Below are positions 26,853 through 36,803 of a stretch of 64,000 nucleotides of DNA, piece by piece (the stretch's first letter is position 1; each line of letters begins with the position of its first letter). The stretch is from sequence record NC_070650.1. One strand, written 5' to 3'. The notes below the pieces were generated by a model, which had not been told where the DNA came from, did no database searches, and was given only the letters and a program-made list of their open reading frames with translations. The position numbers were made by a program, and so were the translations under genes.

Positions 26853-28523
26853 ATGGCCAACAGAGCGATTACGAAGAAAATTAGTGCTTTGCCGACCTAC
26901 GCACTGAACAACAATAACGGCAATTTACTGTATAGTGAAGGTGGTGCAAATTACCAATTTCCACTAAGTAATATTGCCCTTCTTTCAAACCTGGGTTCTA
27001 GCGAAACGGGTTTGGGTGCATCTCTGAGCATGACTGAGCAGGGGATCACAGTACAGGATGCCCTGCGCTATCTGACAATTTCGGCAACCGGATTGGCAGC
27101 TACAGATGAGGCCATAAAAAACGCTGCAATAGCTAAATGTGAATTACTGGGAATGGATTTAGTTATTAACCCAGGCAGCTATAAATTCATCACGCCACTG
27201 GTCTGGAACGCTAAGCGATACAGCATTCGCGGTACTGGTAATACGATTATAGATTTCACTGGGCTTCCTGCTGGCTCCTACGCTATTACAGTCAAGCCGG
27301 AGGCGACAAGTGCTGGTACAATCTGGAATGCCGCTGCGCACTCGTTATCAGGACTGATATTTAAAGGCGCGTCCGGCATTCATGGAATTAAAATTTCACA
27401 GGAGATAAACTTCGATTCCCCACAAATTACGGTTAGGGATTGTTTATTCAACGAGTTTGATGACCATGTTACGTTTGGTGATAACGAATGGTGTTGCTCA
27501 TTTGAGCGAGTAAAGTTTCGGGCAAATACCAATGGCAGCAGCAGATTTGTTGTCATTGATAAGGCATATAACGGGTGTGAAAATCAGAGATTTTTGGGGT
27601 GTAACTTTAATGGCAGTAATAGCGGGATGGGGATAAAACATATTGCGGGGTCGTGTGAACTGACATTTGACGGATGCTCATTCGACTACTGTCATCAGGT
27701 CTTATCGTCAGTTGGGGCAGGAGCGCGCGGAGTATGGCGTTTTAATGATACGCATTTTGAAGATGATGGCACTATGCGTCAGTTCGATATCAGCTCAGGT
27801 AACGCAACGTTTTATGTGGATTTAAACCAATGCGACTGGGCGTATATAACTAAAGATGAAAGCGGAAATAACCGTATACCAACATCAATCGGAGCGTTTG
27901 AAAGCACTAACCAGAAATCCACGCTACGGCTCTCTGGCTGCAAATTTCCCATTTATGATGAAGTATCCGATCGGTCAAAATCATATTTATGGGTGATAAA
28001 TAATAGTGCAGTACGCATTCTTGCTAATGGTAATGTTATTGAGCACTTAACCAATCAGTATTTCAATATGTTTTCATTTGGCCTGAACAAGTTTCTTGCA
28101 CTAACGGACGCTAATCGTAACAGCCCTGCACTGGTTACTAATGGTCTGGGCTCGATTACATACGATACCAGCGACCTGCCAGCGAACAGGATTAACGATA
28201 ATACCTGGTGTATTACTGGCATTATTTCCGGAAACGTCATGATACCGATTGACCCCAGCAACAGAGAAATAAATCTGTCAGGTAACCTCAAACGTACATC
28301 AAGCGAATACTATATCGATGTCCGTTTCTTTACTGCGTTAAATGTCCAGTTAAGTGCAATTTCGCTTGGTGTTCCTGGCAATATTAATACGTGGGTTCAT
28401 TTCGGACAGACAATCAGAGCACCGACAGGCGCGGCATTTATCCGAGTTGGCTGGGCGTATGCCGCAGCACCGTCAACAACTGATACGTTACGGCTGAATA
28501 GCATTTGCGTGGAGCAATACTAA
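26853..28523 (+). CDS. RBP5: tailspike/putative depolymerase, 556 aa
   Basis: Anchor KKISALPTY; DEAIKNAAIA...LVINPGSYK beta-helix entry; start moved to ATG 26853 (GAGGGG RBS). Confidence 0.87.
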   Translation: MANRAITKKISALPTYALNNNNGNLLYSEGGANYQFPLSNIALLSNLGSSETGLGASLSMTEQGITVQDALRYLTISATGLAATDEAIKNAAIAKCELLGMDLVINPGSYKFITPLVWNAKRYSIRGTGNTIIDFTGLPAGSYAITVKPEATSAGTIWNAAAHSLSGLIFKGASGIHGIKISQEINFDSPQITVRDCLFNEFDDHVTFGDNEWCCSFERVKFRANTNGSSRFVVIDKAYNGCENQRFLGCNFNGSNSGMGIKHIAGSCELTFDGCSFDYCHQVLSSVGAGARGVWRFNDTHFEDDGTMRQFDISSGNATFYVDLNQCDWAYITKDESGNNRIPTSIGAFESTNQKSTLRLSGCKFPIYDEVSDRSKSYLWVINNSAVRILANGNVIEHLTNQYFNMFSFGLNKFLALTDANRNSPALVTNGLGSITYDTSDLPANRINDNTWCITGIISGNVMIPIDPSNREINLSGNLKRTSSEYYIDVRFFTALNVQLSAISLGVPGNINTWVHFGQTIRAPTGAAFIRVGWAYAAAPSTTDTLRLNSICVEQY

Positions 28524-28681
28524 TGTACGAATATTTTACCGATGGGACACTAACTGGATGCACATACACACCAGACAGCGGAGTACAGTATACTGGGATG
28601 GTGGTAACAGCAGAGTACAGTTCAGATGAAATGGCTCAGGATGCTGCTAAGGAAAAAGCAGAGTTACTCAGCGCTGGTTAA
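28523..28681 (+). CDS. Small protein after RBP5, 52 aa (below the ORF-track cutoff)
   Basis: TAATG coupling; MYEYFTDGTLTGCTYTPDSG...KAELLSAG. Confidence 0.6.
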   Translation: MYEYFTDGTLTGCTYTPDSGVQYTGMVVTAEYSSDEMAQDAAKEKAELLSAG

Positions 28682-28740
28682 AATAGCCCAGACATTCAAT
28701 TTCTAAATAGTATGCCTGTTCTAACCCATAAACAACATAT

Positions 28741-28772
28741 GAGGCAGGGCTTTCGCCCTGCCTCTTTTATTT
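28741..28772 (+). terminator. Intrinsic terminator
   Basis: GAGGCAGGGC-tttc-GCCCTGCCTC-TTTTATTT. Confidence 0.85.
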
Positions 28773-28821
28773 CGCCAGTTCCGTAGTCGGTGAGCTACGT
28801 CAAAACCAAAGGATACTGATT

Positions 28822-30672
28822 ATGGTCGCACGCGCAGTCACAAAAAAGATTACTGATTTACCAAAATATGACTTAGCCAACAATACAGGTAATTTTCTCT
28901 ACAATGAAAGTGGGACGGCTTATCAGTATCCCATCAATGAGTTGGTTTTAAAAAGTGAGTTGGCGTCTACTGATGTCGGGGATGGGGCGTCATTAATATC
29001 TTTGGAGCAAGAAGTTTCGGTTCAAAGCGCGATGAATTACTTGCTAAACACAGGTAATGTTGTTCGTTTGTCGCTATATAGCCAACTTTCCTCTACGGAT
29101 GACGTCGCGTTCTCGTTAGCGTTAGCCGCAAGTAAAGACGCAGCCGGATATTCAAAAAGGATTGTCGTTAATGACTTGGGTAGGCCCCTTATCCTCACAG
29201 AGCGTTATGTGTTTCAGTCGGTTGCACAAACCAGCGTACTAGGTGATAAATATAATGAGAATTTATGTGGTGTGGTCGGGGAATATGAGTTAATATCTGG
29301 GGGTGGCTTCGATTTTATTTCGTGTTATTCGCCATACATAAATATAGTCATTACTGATGGCGGTGAAAATACAATAGATATCGGCACCTATTCTAATAGT
29401 GATTTTGCGGTACGAATGGAATCCGGGGTTATAAATCCAGAATTTCATATTGTGGGGTATGAATATTCTGGATATTTATTTGGTACGTGTGGTGTCTGGG
29501 GTGGTGTTAGGGCGGCTGGAGTCCAGTCGGTTCATAAGTCCTCAGTCGCTGCATTCGGCGGCGGTGCAGCTATATATATCTCAGGCACAACCGGATTCGG
29601 TAATATCACTTCAGTGTGGGAAGAGGGAGTAACCGGCAATTCAATCGTAGATACTGCTTATGATGTCCAAATTGCCAGTTATGAAAACTACATTCCAACC
29701 GCCGGATCTGGACAATTAACCCTTAGGTCCTGTGGAAGCTGTCATATTGGAAAATTACTCACTGGCGCATGGGGGATACCCCAAGTTAAAATATTTGACT
29801 GTCCATCCGTAGATATTGGTACACACCTAGCCGTATTGGGCAATTCGGACAGCAATTCCATAAACACATACGCGGCTGATATCTCTGGATCTGTAGTACA
29901 TATTGGTTCATCTCAGTTACTAAAATTGGGGTGTGGTTATAGAGTGGGACATGGATCTTCAGTAACCATAGACCACATAAATGGCAATTTAATTAATCAA
30001 GCAGTCATACAAACTAATAACACCACATATGACGGCGGGTCAACTACATTAGCCTCTACCGTGATAATAAAATCTGGACGTATCTACCGCGGAAATAGTT
30101 CGATGGTTTTATCGTCACTGGATATGTTTTATGTTGATTCTACAATAACCAGTGGTAAATTAGATATTGCTTCTCTAGAAGTATTGGCCCTAAACTACGG
30201 CCGAACCAGTGATTATAAACGTTTGGTGAATGTTTTATCTCAGAACACAAATTTTAAAGTATGTCTTGACGGATTAACAATAGACTATGTTGGTAGTACC
30301 TATCCCATTTATATTTATAATTACTCATCACTAGTTAAATCGATAGGGTTGGTGTTCACCGGGGAGCTTCAATTCTTTGCTGGGAACACCGTGGGAAATG
30401 GGCGGGTATTAGAACTATCTTCCGGGTTAAATACCGGTGGAGGCACCACTACATATTCGGGCAATAAACGACTGCGGATATATGTTAATGGGACGATAGC
30501 CGCCGGCGGTAGTTTTAGTATTGTCCGTAGTGGGAAGACAGTAATGCAGAAAACATCTACGGCGGCAGAACCTTTTTCTGTAAACTTCGATGTACGGCCT
30601 GGTGACACCTTGACGGTTAATAATACAAACACCACCATCAGCTCATCCTGGTCAGAGGCCCAATTCATCTGA
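28822..30672 (+). CDS. RBP6: tailspike/putative depolymerase, 616 aa
   Basis: Anchor KKITDLPKY; LASTDVGDGASLI junction; beta-helix-like composition. Confidence 0.85.
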   Translation: MVARAVTKKITDLPKYDLANNTGNFLYNESGTAYQYPINELVLKSELASTDVGDGASLISLEQEVSVQSAMNYLLNTGNVVRLSLYSQLSSTDDVAFSLALAASKDAAGYSKRIVVNDLGRPLILTERYVFQSVAQTSVLGDKYNENLCGVVGEYELISGGGFDFISCYSPYINIVITDGGENTIDIGTYSNSDFAVRMESGVINPEFHIVGYEYSGYLFGTCGVWGGVRAAGVQSVHKSSVAAFGGGAAIYISGTTGFGNITSVWEEGVTGNSIVDTAYDVQIASYENYIPTAGSGQLTLRSCGSCHIGKLLTGAWGIPQVKIFDCPSVDIGTHLAVLGNSDSNSINTYAADISGSVVHIGSSQLLKLGCGYRVGHGSSVTIDHINGNLINQAVIQTNNTTYDGGSTTLASTVIIKSGRIYRGNSSMVLSSLDMFYVDSTITSGKLDIASLEVLALNYGRTSDYKRLVNVLSQNTNFKVCLDGLTIDYVGSTYPIYIYNYSSLVKSIGLVFTGELQFFAGNTVGNGRVLELSSGLNTGGGTTTYSGNKRLRIYVNGTIAAGGSFSIVRSGKTVMQKTSTAAEPFSVNFDVRPGDTLTVNNTNTTISSSWSEAQFI

Positions 30673-30688
30673 ATAATAGGTACTCTTT

Positions 30689-31210
30689 ATGACCTCAAAC
30701 TTCTATATTGTTGATTTATCGTTACCTGCTTCTGAGTTGGTTTACGGTCTTATCAATAATGATAACGACACGAATTACAGGCCGGACAAAGTAACTCTCG
30801 GTGAAGTATCTGCCGTTCCTAGCGATACCCCACGTAACAGTACGTTGACCCTTTCGAGGGTCAATTATCCACTCATGACCTTGGCTATTTTTTATGACCG
30901 TTTAACTTTCGAGGAAGTCATAGATTCAGACTTCCCGATTGTGATTAGTCGGGAGGTTGGGGATGTTACTACGTGGGATTTAATCAATGGGGTAAATGAA
31001 GGTTTGGGATTTGGATTAGTGTCTGCGGATATCATTAATGCTGCACTGGATTTGGGTGACCCCAACGTCATTCTTGAAGCTAACGAAAAGTCGTATGCAT
31101 GGCTTGGGCAAATACCCGTATTGTATTTGGAGCCCGGAGAAATCGCCTTCCAGATAAATGACGGTGATTTACTTTATCTTGATGACGATACCATCATGGT
31201 GGGAAATTAA
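30689..31210 (+). CDS. Adaptor-like paralog A5, 173 aa
   Basis: YIVDLSLPASELVYGLINNDN, FYDRL, SYAWLG. Confidence 0.75.
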   Translation: MTSNFYIVDLSLPASELVYGLINNDNDTNYRPDKVTLGEVSAVPSDTPRNSTLTLSRVNYPLMTLAIFYDRLTFEEVIDSDFPIVISREVGDVTTWDLINGVNEGLGFGLVSADIINAALDLGDPNVILEANEKSYAWLGQIPVLYLEPGEIAFQINDGDLLYLDDDTIMVGN

Positions 31211-31212
31211 TT

Positions 31213-33594
31213 ATGTCTACTAAAGTAGTGAAAAAGAAACTTACAGATTTACCCGTATACACCCCAGATGATACTAGTTCAGGGTCTTTGCATTATCGTG
31301 AAGGATTAACTGATTATCAGCTCCAACTAACCTCTCTTTTAACCAAAGGCAATTTAGCCAAAAAAGATGGCTATAAATACATCGGGGAAGTTTCTAGTTT
31401 TTCTGAATTAAGAAATTTAGTGCCTTCGGATAACGGCGTCAGAGTAAAGTTACGTGGCTATTCTAATAATAGCACGGCCGGTGGAGGCGACTTTATTGGC
31501 TATTTAGGAACCTTATTATCCGATGATGGTGGTTATGTTGCCTCCGGTTCTGGTTACTATTGGGTGCGGGATGAACATGAAAAATTAACTCCTCAGTATT
31601 ATGGAGCAACTCCGGAAAATACCGATAATACCGCCTATTTTCAGGCGATGTTATCCGGAGCTAGCTCATTAGGGTTACCGATATATATCTCCGCTACATT
31701 TAGCGTAAGTACTCTAAGCTATACCGGAAACGATTTGATTATTTTTGGTCCGGGTAAAATAATTTTTTCCTCAACTTCTGGATTGGTGTTTGACGGCTGC
31801 AGTCGATGCAAGATTTCTGAATTGGCTTTGCAATTTGCTGGAGTGGGTTCTACCGGAATTACTGTTAATAATTGCACCGCCATCAGTGTTGAAAAATGCA
31901 CCATATCGAATCACGGAAGAAATGGTGGGGTATATGTACTAGGATCGACCAATATAAGTGTTAGAAAAAATATGTTTATTAATGCAGCTGGAGATGCCAC
32001 ATTTGGGGCCTCAACAACAGCTGATGTTAATATTTGGGGAAGTAACTCTTTTTGTGAAATTGTAGGAAACAAATTTTTATCAGGTGGCGGGTACGGAATT
32101 CAAATACGTTCTCATTCGCTTGGTGACGTGTCAACGAACCACGTTATATCGGATAACATTATCAGCGGTTATAATAGTTATGGAATAAACTGCTATCGAA
32201 ACAAACAATCGTTAACTGACACCCAAGTGCTGACTTATATCACGGTCACCAATAACAATATTAGTAACATCAGCGGAAGTCGGCCAAGTAACCCGGCTAC
32301 CCCTACGGTGTTAATATTCGGAACTGGCATATATATGCAAGGCGCGGAATATTCTATTGTTACTGGTAATGTACTAACAAACGTTTGCACCGCGTCCAAT
32401 AATGATTTATTAGCTCCTGCAGGCATTGGGATTACTAACATTGGTAATATAACCGTTACTGATAACGTTATCGTCAATTCCGGGATGTATGGAATTAAAT
32501 CGAATGACTCCGTTGGATTGGGTGATGTGTACGGCAGGACAATCATCTCCGATAACACCATAGACACTGTCGGAACTGACGGCATTATGGTGCAGGACCG
32601 CAACAATATTAAAGTTTCTGGCAACTCGATTAAAAACACAACAAGAGATGGGATCAAAATTAATGCATCTCCATCGGCATCAACTAAACTGACTACGACC
32701 GACAAAAATGTTTCTGATAACACTGTAAGAAATGTAGTAGGAACCGGGATATATATCGAATATTCCCAAAAATACAGTGTATACGGGAATAAAATAACAA
32801 CGTGTTCCCAGGGTATTGTATTCCAATATAGTGCTTATGGTTCGGTGAACAACAATGTGGTCGATACTGCCACCACACGCGGTTATTATGCACATGTGAC
32901 AAATACGGTCGATGGGTCCATTGTATTTACGGAAAATCGGGCTTTAAATTCGACGGTAGATATATCTGTAGAGCATCCGATTGATTATTTCAATAACCCA
33001 GGGATGACCCCGGCAGGCACATATGCCGAAGGTAGAGAAATAACCTCGGATTTACCTAACGTAACAGGATGTGGTTTCTTAAATCTTAAACCTACGTCTG
33101 CAATCAATTTTACTGGTTTTTTAGGTGGTAAAATAGGCCAAAGGATAACTATTTGGGTTAATAATGGAAATGCTACGTTTGTTACTAGCGGTTCATTTAT
33201 TTTAGCTGGTTTAAAAAATAGAAACCCTGGTACAAATGGTACATTAACCTTTATTAAAACAAAAAGCGGCTGGGTAGAAACGGGACAATCGGCATATGCG
33301 ATTACTTACAGTACACCGACTACTGGAAGTACCGTTACGATTGCCGATTTTACCGGTGGCGTATATATACAGGGGAGTACTAAATTAGATACATTATCTG
33401 TTGTCCTGCCAGCGAACCCGGTAGACGACCAACAGTGCATCATCTGTGGGCAGTCTGGGGTGACCACCCTGACTTTATCGGCCAGTTCGGGGAAAACCAT
33501 ATACCCAACGTCGCTACCAACCACATTGAACACAGGTACCGCGATTATTTATAGATATCGCGCGTCAGCGACGGCGTGGTTTAGATATCAATAG
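31213..33594 (+). CDS. RBP7: tailspike/putative depolymerase, 793 aa
   Basis: Anchor KKKLTDLPVY; GGGDF...DDGGYV; LTPQYYGA...DNTAYFQA; many I.GN.I...GI right-handed beta-helix repeats. Confidence 0.9.
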   Translation: MSTKVVKKKLTDLPVYTPDDTSSGSLHYREGLTDYQLQLTSLLTKGNLAKKDGYKYIGEVSSFSELRNLVPSDNGVRVKLRGYSNNSTAGGGDFIGYLGTLLSDDGGYVASGSGYYWVRDEHEKLTPQYYGATPENTDNTAYFQAMLSGASSLGLPIYISATFSVSTLSYTGNDLIIFGPGKIIFSSTSGLVFDGCSRCKISELALQFAGVGSTGITVNNCTAISVEKCTISNHGRNGGVYVLGSTNISVRKNMFINAAGDATFGASTTADVNIWGSNSFCEIVGNKFLSGGGYGIQIRSHSLGDVSTNHVISDNIISGYNSYGINCYRNKQSLTDTQVLTYITVTNNNISNISGSRPSNPATPTVLIFGTGIYMQGAEYSIVTGNVLTNVCTASNNDLLAPAGIGITNIGNITVTDNVIVNSGMYGIKSNDSVGLGDVYGRTIISDNTIDTVGTDGIMVQDRNNIKVSGNSIKNTTRDGIKINASPSASTKLTTTDKNVSDNTVRNVVGTGIYIEYSQKYSVYGNKITTCSQGIVFQYSAYGSVNNNVVDTATTRGYYAHVTNTVDGSIVFTENRALNSTVDISVEHPIDYFNNPGMTPAGTYAEGREITSDLPNVTGCGFLNLKPTSAINFTGFLGGKIGQRITIWVNNGNATFVTSGSFILAGLKNRNPGTNGTLTFIKTKSGWVETGQSAYAITYSTPTTGSTVTIADFTGGVYIQGSTKLDTLSVVLPANPVDDQQCIICGQSGVTTLTLSASSGKTIYPTSLPTTLNTGTAIIYRYRASATAWFRYQ

Positions 33595-33601
33595 CAGCCT
33601 A

Positions 33602-33625
33602 AAGAGGGGGGCGAAAGCCCCTCTT
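33602..33625 (+). terminator. Terminator hairpin closing the RBP array
   Basis: AAGAGGGGGGC-gaaa-GCCCCTCTT then TATG. Confidence 0.75.
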
Positions 33626-33659
33626 ATGCTGTCCATTATAAATAAAAAAATATCACGCC

Positions 33660-33667
33660 TATATTAC
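33660..33667 (+). promoter_or_regulatory. Early-promoter-like motif TATATTAC upstream of tnpB
   Basis: Preceded by an A-rich run; 44 nt before the tnpB ATG. Confidence 0.65.
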
Positions 33668-33711
33668 TGATTAGATGACACAAATGAAATTACCTTGAGT
33701 GTATTCCTAAT

Positions 33712-34806
33712 ATGAAGAAAATAACAAAACAATGTAGACTATATCCAAATAGAGAGATGAAGGAAGCCTTAGATAAGTACTTTGGGTGTTGTCGTTTTGT
33801 TTGGAATTCTTTATTAGAAGAAACCTACCATTACGCTGGCATCATAAACCAACCTTATCTCAACTCACTTTTAACCGAATTGAAAACCAAACATGATTTT
33901 TTAAAGGACTGCTCTTCCGTTGCTTTGCAGCAGGTAACCTTCAGCCTAGCATCAGCTTGGAGTGCATTTTTTAATAACGTAGCCCAAAAACCCAGATTTA
34001 AATCAAGAAAGATGGGGCATAATAGCTTTAAATTAGTGGGCGATTGTGTCAATGGGGTTGGCACAAAGTACGTGCATTTTCCAAAAATAGGGGAATGTAA
34101 ATATAAAAACAGTTGGGGAAATTTATCTAAAATATCCAGTTATGTAGTCTCTAAGAAAAGAAATGGCAAGTATTATATTTCATTTTTGGTTGAAGTAGAA
34201 CTAAAACCAAAAACACAATCTGGGATGGTGGGTATAGATGTAGGGTTATCTTATTTTGCAACGTGTGCCGATAACCAAGGCAATCATTGGAAAATAAATA
34301 ATCCAAAGTTTTTACTCAAACGACAGAGGGCGTATAAGCGAGCTAGTAGGCGTTTATCCAGGAAAGTATTGGGTTCTGCTAATCGGAATAAATCACGAAA
34401 CCGTTTAGCCGCCCTAGTAGGAAAAACGGTAAATCAAAGAAATGACTATTTGCATAAGGTATCCACGGAACTTGTGAGCAAATACCAACACATAGTCATA
34501 GAAGATTTAAACATCCGCGGGCTTTTAAAAAATAATCGATTGGCCAAACATATTTCCGATACCGGTTGGGGGGAATTCTTTAGGCAATTACACTACAAAG
34601 CCCTAATGTACAATACGCCAATCCATATTATCAAAGCCCCTAGGTGGTACCCATCTACTCAAATTTGTGCCAACTGCAATTCCAAAAGAGAAGTGCGGTT
34701 ACACTTAAATGAACGTTCTTGGACCTGTAACTACTGTGGGGCATCCCATGATCGTGATATTAATGCAGCTCAGAACTTATTGAAGCAAGTTCTGAGCAGT
34801 CGTTAG
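33712..34806 (+). CDS. tnpB: TnpB RNA-guided nuclease (IS200/IS605/IS607-type), 364 aa
   Basis: HTH RLYPN...FGCCRFVWN; RuvC-I VGIDVG; RuvC-II IVIEDL; Zn finger CANC...CNYC; RuvC-III DRDINAA. Confidence 0.95.
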   Translation: MKKITKQCRLYPNREMKEALDKYFGCCRFVWNSLLEETYHYAGIINQPYLNSLLTELKTKHDFLKDCSSVALQQVTFSLASAWSAFFNNVAQKPRFKSRKMGHNSFKLVGDCVNGVGTKYVHFPKIGECKYKNSWGNLSKISSYVVSKKRNGKYYISFLVEVELKPKTQSGMVGIDVGLSYFATCADNQGNHWKINNPKFLLKRQRAYKRASRRLSRKVLGSANRNKSRNRLAALVGKTVNQRNDYLHKVSTELVSKYQHIVIEDLNIRGLLKNNRLAKHISDTGWGEFFRQLHYKALMYNTPIHIIKAPRWYPSTQICANCNSKREVRLHLNERSWTCNYCGASHDRDINAAQNLLKQVLSSR

Positions 34807-34920
34807 TGTTGTTTAATACCGGGGGGTACTCGGGAATTTACGCTTGTGGAGAGTGCGGTGCTGTTAGGCCCCTCTATGAAGCAAGAATGTTTTTATAACA
34901 ATACCAAATTACTGTACTGA
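34790..34920 (+). ncRNA. Putative omegaRNA scaffold plus guide; boundaries approximate
   Basis: GGGAATTTACGCTTGTGGAGAG (34832-34853) and TGAAGCAAGAA (34877-34887) resemble sequences typically found 3' of tnpB genes. Confidence 0.6.
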
Positions 34921-34961
34921 CGTACGGTTCTTTCTTTTATTTAACGGGATAAGTAATTAAA

Positions 34962-35465
34962 ATGAAATTAGCTATTGTAAGTGTAATGGTTATGTCTTTT
35001 GGATTAGTCGGCTGTAACGCAAACACGGATGCCGCTATTACGCAAACAGGTAAAGTAATATCAATAGCAACCTGCACCAAAACACAATGTGAAGCTCTTG
35101 TAGCAGTAAATGGCGGTGATTGGGAATACAGTATAGTAGATGCTGCCGTTACACCCAATACGGTTGTGTCTCGCACTTGCGTTGAAGAAGAGGGGTATCA
35201 GCGATGCTCTCCAGTATGGGTATCTACCGGTAAAAAAGTAGCAAGTGACGTTATGTTACATCGCAATATTGACGTAGCAAAACCAGATACAATTATTATA
35301 AATTCTGGCAATCCAAACCACGCAACTTCACGCAATCAGAAGCACCATGACTTTATGGTCCAAGTGGCCAACGATAGTAACTTCGCTGCAAAATACCATG
35401 TAGAACAACGCATAGCTCGAGATTATCTTGCGGCTGATGCTGCTGCTGGACTGTATCAAAATTAG
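34962..35465 (+). CDS. Putative lipoprotein, 167 aa
   Basis: Signal peptide with lipobox-like LVGC. Confidence 0.6.
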   Translation: MKLAIVSVMVMSFGLVGCNANTDAAITQTGKVISIATCTKTQCEALVAVNGGDWEYSIVDAAVTPNTVVSRTCVEEEGYQRCSPVWVSTGKKVASDVMLHRNIDVAKPDTIIINSGNPNHATSRNQKHHDFMVQVANDSNFAAKYHVEQRIARDYLAADAAAGLYQN

Positions 35466-35475
35466 TGAGGTAGAT

Positions 35476-35919
35476 ATGAAACCTTTAGAGGTTGGCTGTT
35501 TAGCAATCATGTTGCGGGGGGATAACTGCGGTAAGGTGGTGACTTGCTTGGCTAGAATAACCCCACCCGCAGTAGTAAATCTGCAGTTGGCCGGTACTTA
35601 TCATCATGGGGTTCAGTTTGAGGTTAGTGATACGGACTCCGATGGTAAGGTATGGGCGGTTAGCGGGGATATCACGGCTAGAGGTACTTTTCCAGGCAAT
35701 TCTGTGGAGAATCGTTTAATTGAAATCTATGCAGAAAACTTAAAATGTAATGGGATGTATCCTAGCAAATGGTTAATGCGGATTGATGATGATTCCGACG
35801 TTAATGGGGAGTCTAATCCTTATGTTCAAAAGCTCCAGGATGACGCCACAAAAAAGAAACCATTGGTACCTCTCATTTTTAGTAAATTTGGCCCACATCC
35901 CTTTTTTAAGCACCCTTAA
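35476..35919 (+). CDS. Hypothetical protein (paralog-like to the 54295 gene)
   Basis: MKPLEVGCLAI...WLMRIDDD versus MQPLKPGMLAM...NLMPLEDD; start moved to 35476 (GAGGT RBS). Confidence 0.7.
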   Translation: MKPLEVGCLAIMLRGDNCGKVVTCLARITPPAVVNLQLAGTYHHGVQFEVSDTDSDGKVWAVSGDITARGTFPGNSVENRLIEIYAENLKCNGMYPSKWLMRIDDDSDVNGESNPYVQKLQDDATKKKPLVPLIFSKFGPHPFFKHP

Positions 35920-35928
35920 GGTAAATCC

Positions 35929-36669
35929 ATGAGTAAAAAACAAAACAATGTCGGACCGAACGGACGTTCAGTGTTAACCCTACGCCCTCTAGAACAAAAA
36001 GCAGAGAAAACTCTAGATGAAGTTTCGGACCGATTAACTAAAAATTCCACGCCATCATCGGGGAGTAAATCCCCAATCCCAAAACTATCGGAACCTTTGG
36101 TTGACCAAGCACCGTCAAATTTGACCTTCGGTGAGGTGGAAAATATATTACATCCGACCGCATTAGGTGTGGGTGATTTATTGGACCGTCCAGAAACTGA
36201 AACCCCACCTCCATTTACGCCACCGGGTAAATTGGAGGTTAAAGAACCAGAACCTCAGGCCGTCGGATATGTTTATGTGATTATCCACAAAACTTCAGTG
36301 GCGGTGTTTGAAACACCCAATGAAGTCACTCCTGGTAGAATCAAATCCATCATAATCAGTTCATTATCCGGAGGTGTATTTGGACTGGATGTTGTAGGGA
36401 GATGGGCGACGTTAGCCATAGACGCTACCCGTGAGTTGACTACCGTTAAGACCGTATTGGATGGTAAGGTCGAAAGCCTAAACGGCCAATACCATATCTG
36501 GTCTAAAAACGTCGCTGAAGCAGTCATCAACGATATGGTTGCAACTGGCCAGTGGGTGAAAGTGCCGACCAACTATATGAATTCGGTGGACGATAAAGAA
36601 CTGTGTCCGGTTCTTCGATTCACCCATGTGGAGAATAAAAATGCCCTCAGTCAGCCAAAAACAACATAA
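35929..36669 (+). CDS. Hypothetical protein with Pro-rich N-terminal half, 246 aa
   Basis: ORF with AAGGT RBS. Confidence 0.75.
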   Translation: MSKKQNNVGPNGRSVLTLRPLEQKAEKTLDEVSDRLTKNSTPSSGSKSPIPKLSEPLVDQAPSNLTFGEVENILHPTALGVGDLLDRPETETPPPFTPPGKLEVKEPEPQAVGYVYVIIHKTSVAVFETPNEVTPGRIKSIIISSLSGGVFGLDVVGRWATLAIDATRELTTVKTVLDGKVESLNGQYHIWSKNVAEAVINDMVATGQWVKVPTNYMNSVDDKELCPVLRFTHVENKNALSQPKTT

Positions 36670-36799
36670 TTTGATGGAGGCCGTAGCACACTCAAAAGAG
36701 TTTGCTAAAAAGGTTGGCATTCCTCAATCGGTAGGTAAGGACTTCGTTGCTGCCGATGAAAAGAAAGCCAAAAAGAAAAACGGCTCTAAGAAGTGGTAA
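36641..36799 (+). CDS. Small basic protein, 52 aa (MPSVSQKQHNLMEAVAHSKEFAKKVGIPQSVGKDF...GSKKW)
   Basis: GGAG RBS; ends at a terminator; resembles a phage small-protein family recalled from memory; missed by the ORF track. Confidence 0.75.
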   Translation: MPSVSQKQHNLMEAVAHSKEFAKKVGIPQSVGKDFVAADEKKAKKKNGSKKW

Positions 36800-36803
36800 A
36801 TCC

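Noticed and set aside
14052-33594. Diversity-generating retroelement or recombinase-driven shufflon for the RBPs
   Set aside because: No reverse transcriptase, TR/VR pair with A-specific mismatches or site-specific recombinase is visible in the window; only the repeats and scars are reported
33626-33711. tnpA or a full IS left end upstream of tnpB
   Set aside because: There is no room for an ORF and no clear subterminal hairpin; only the promoter-like motif is present
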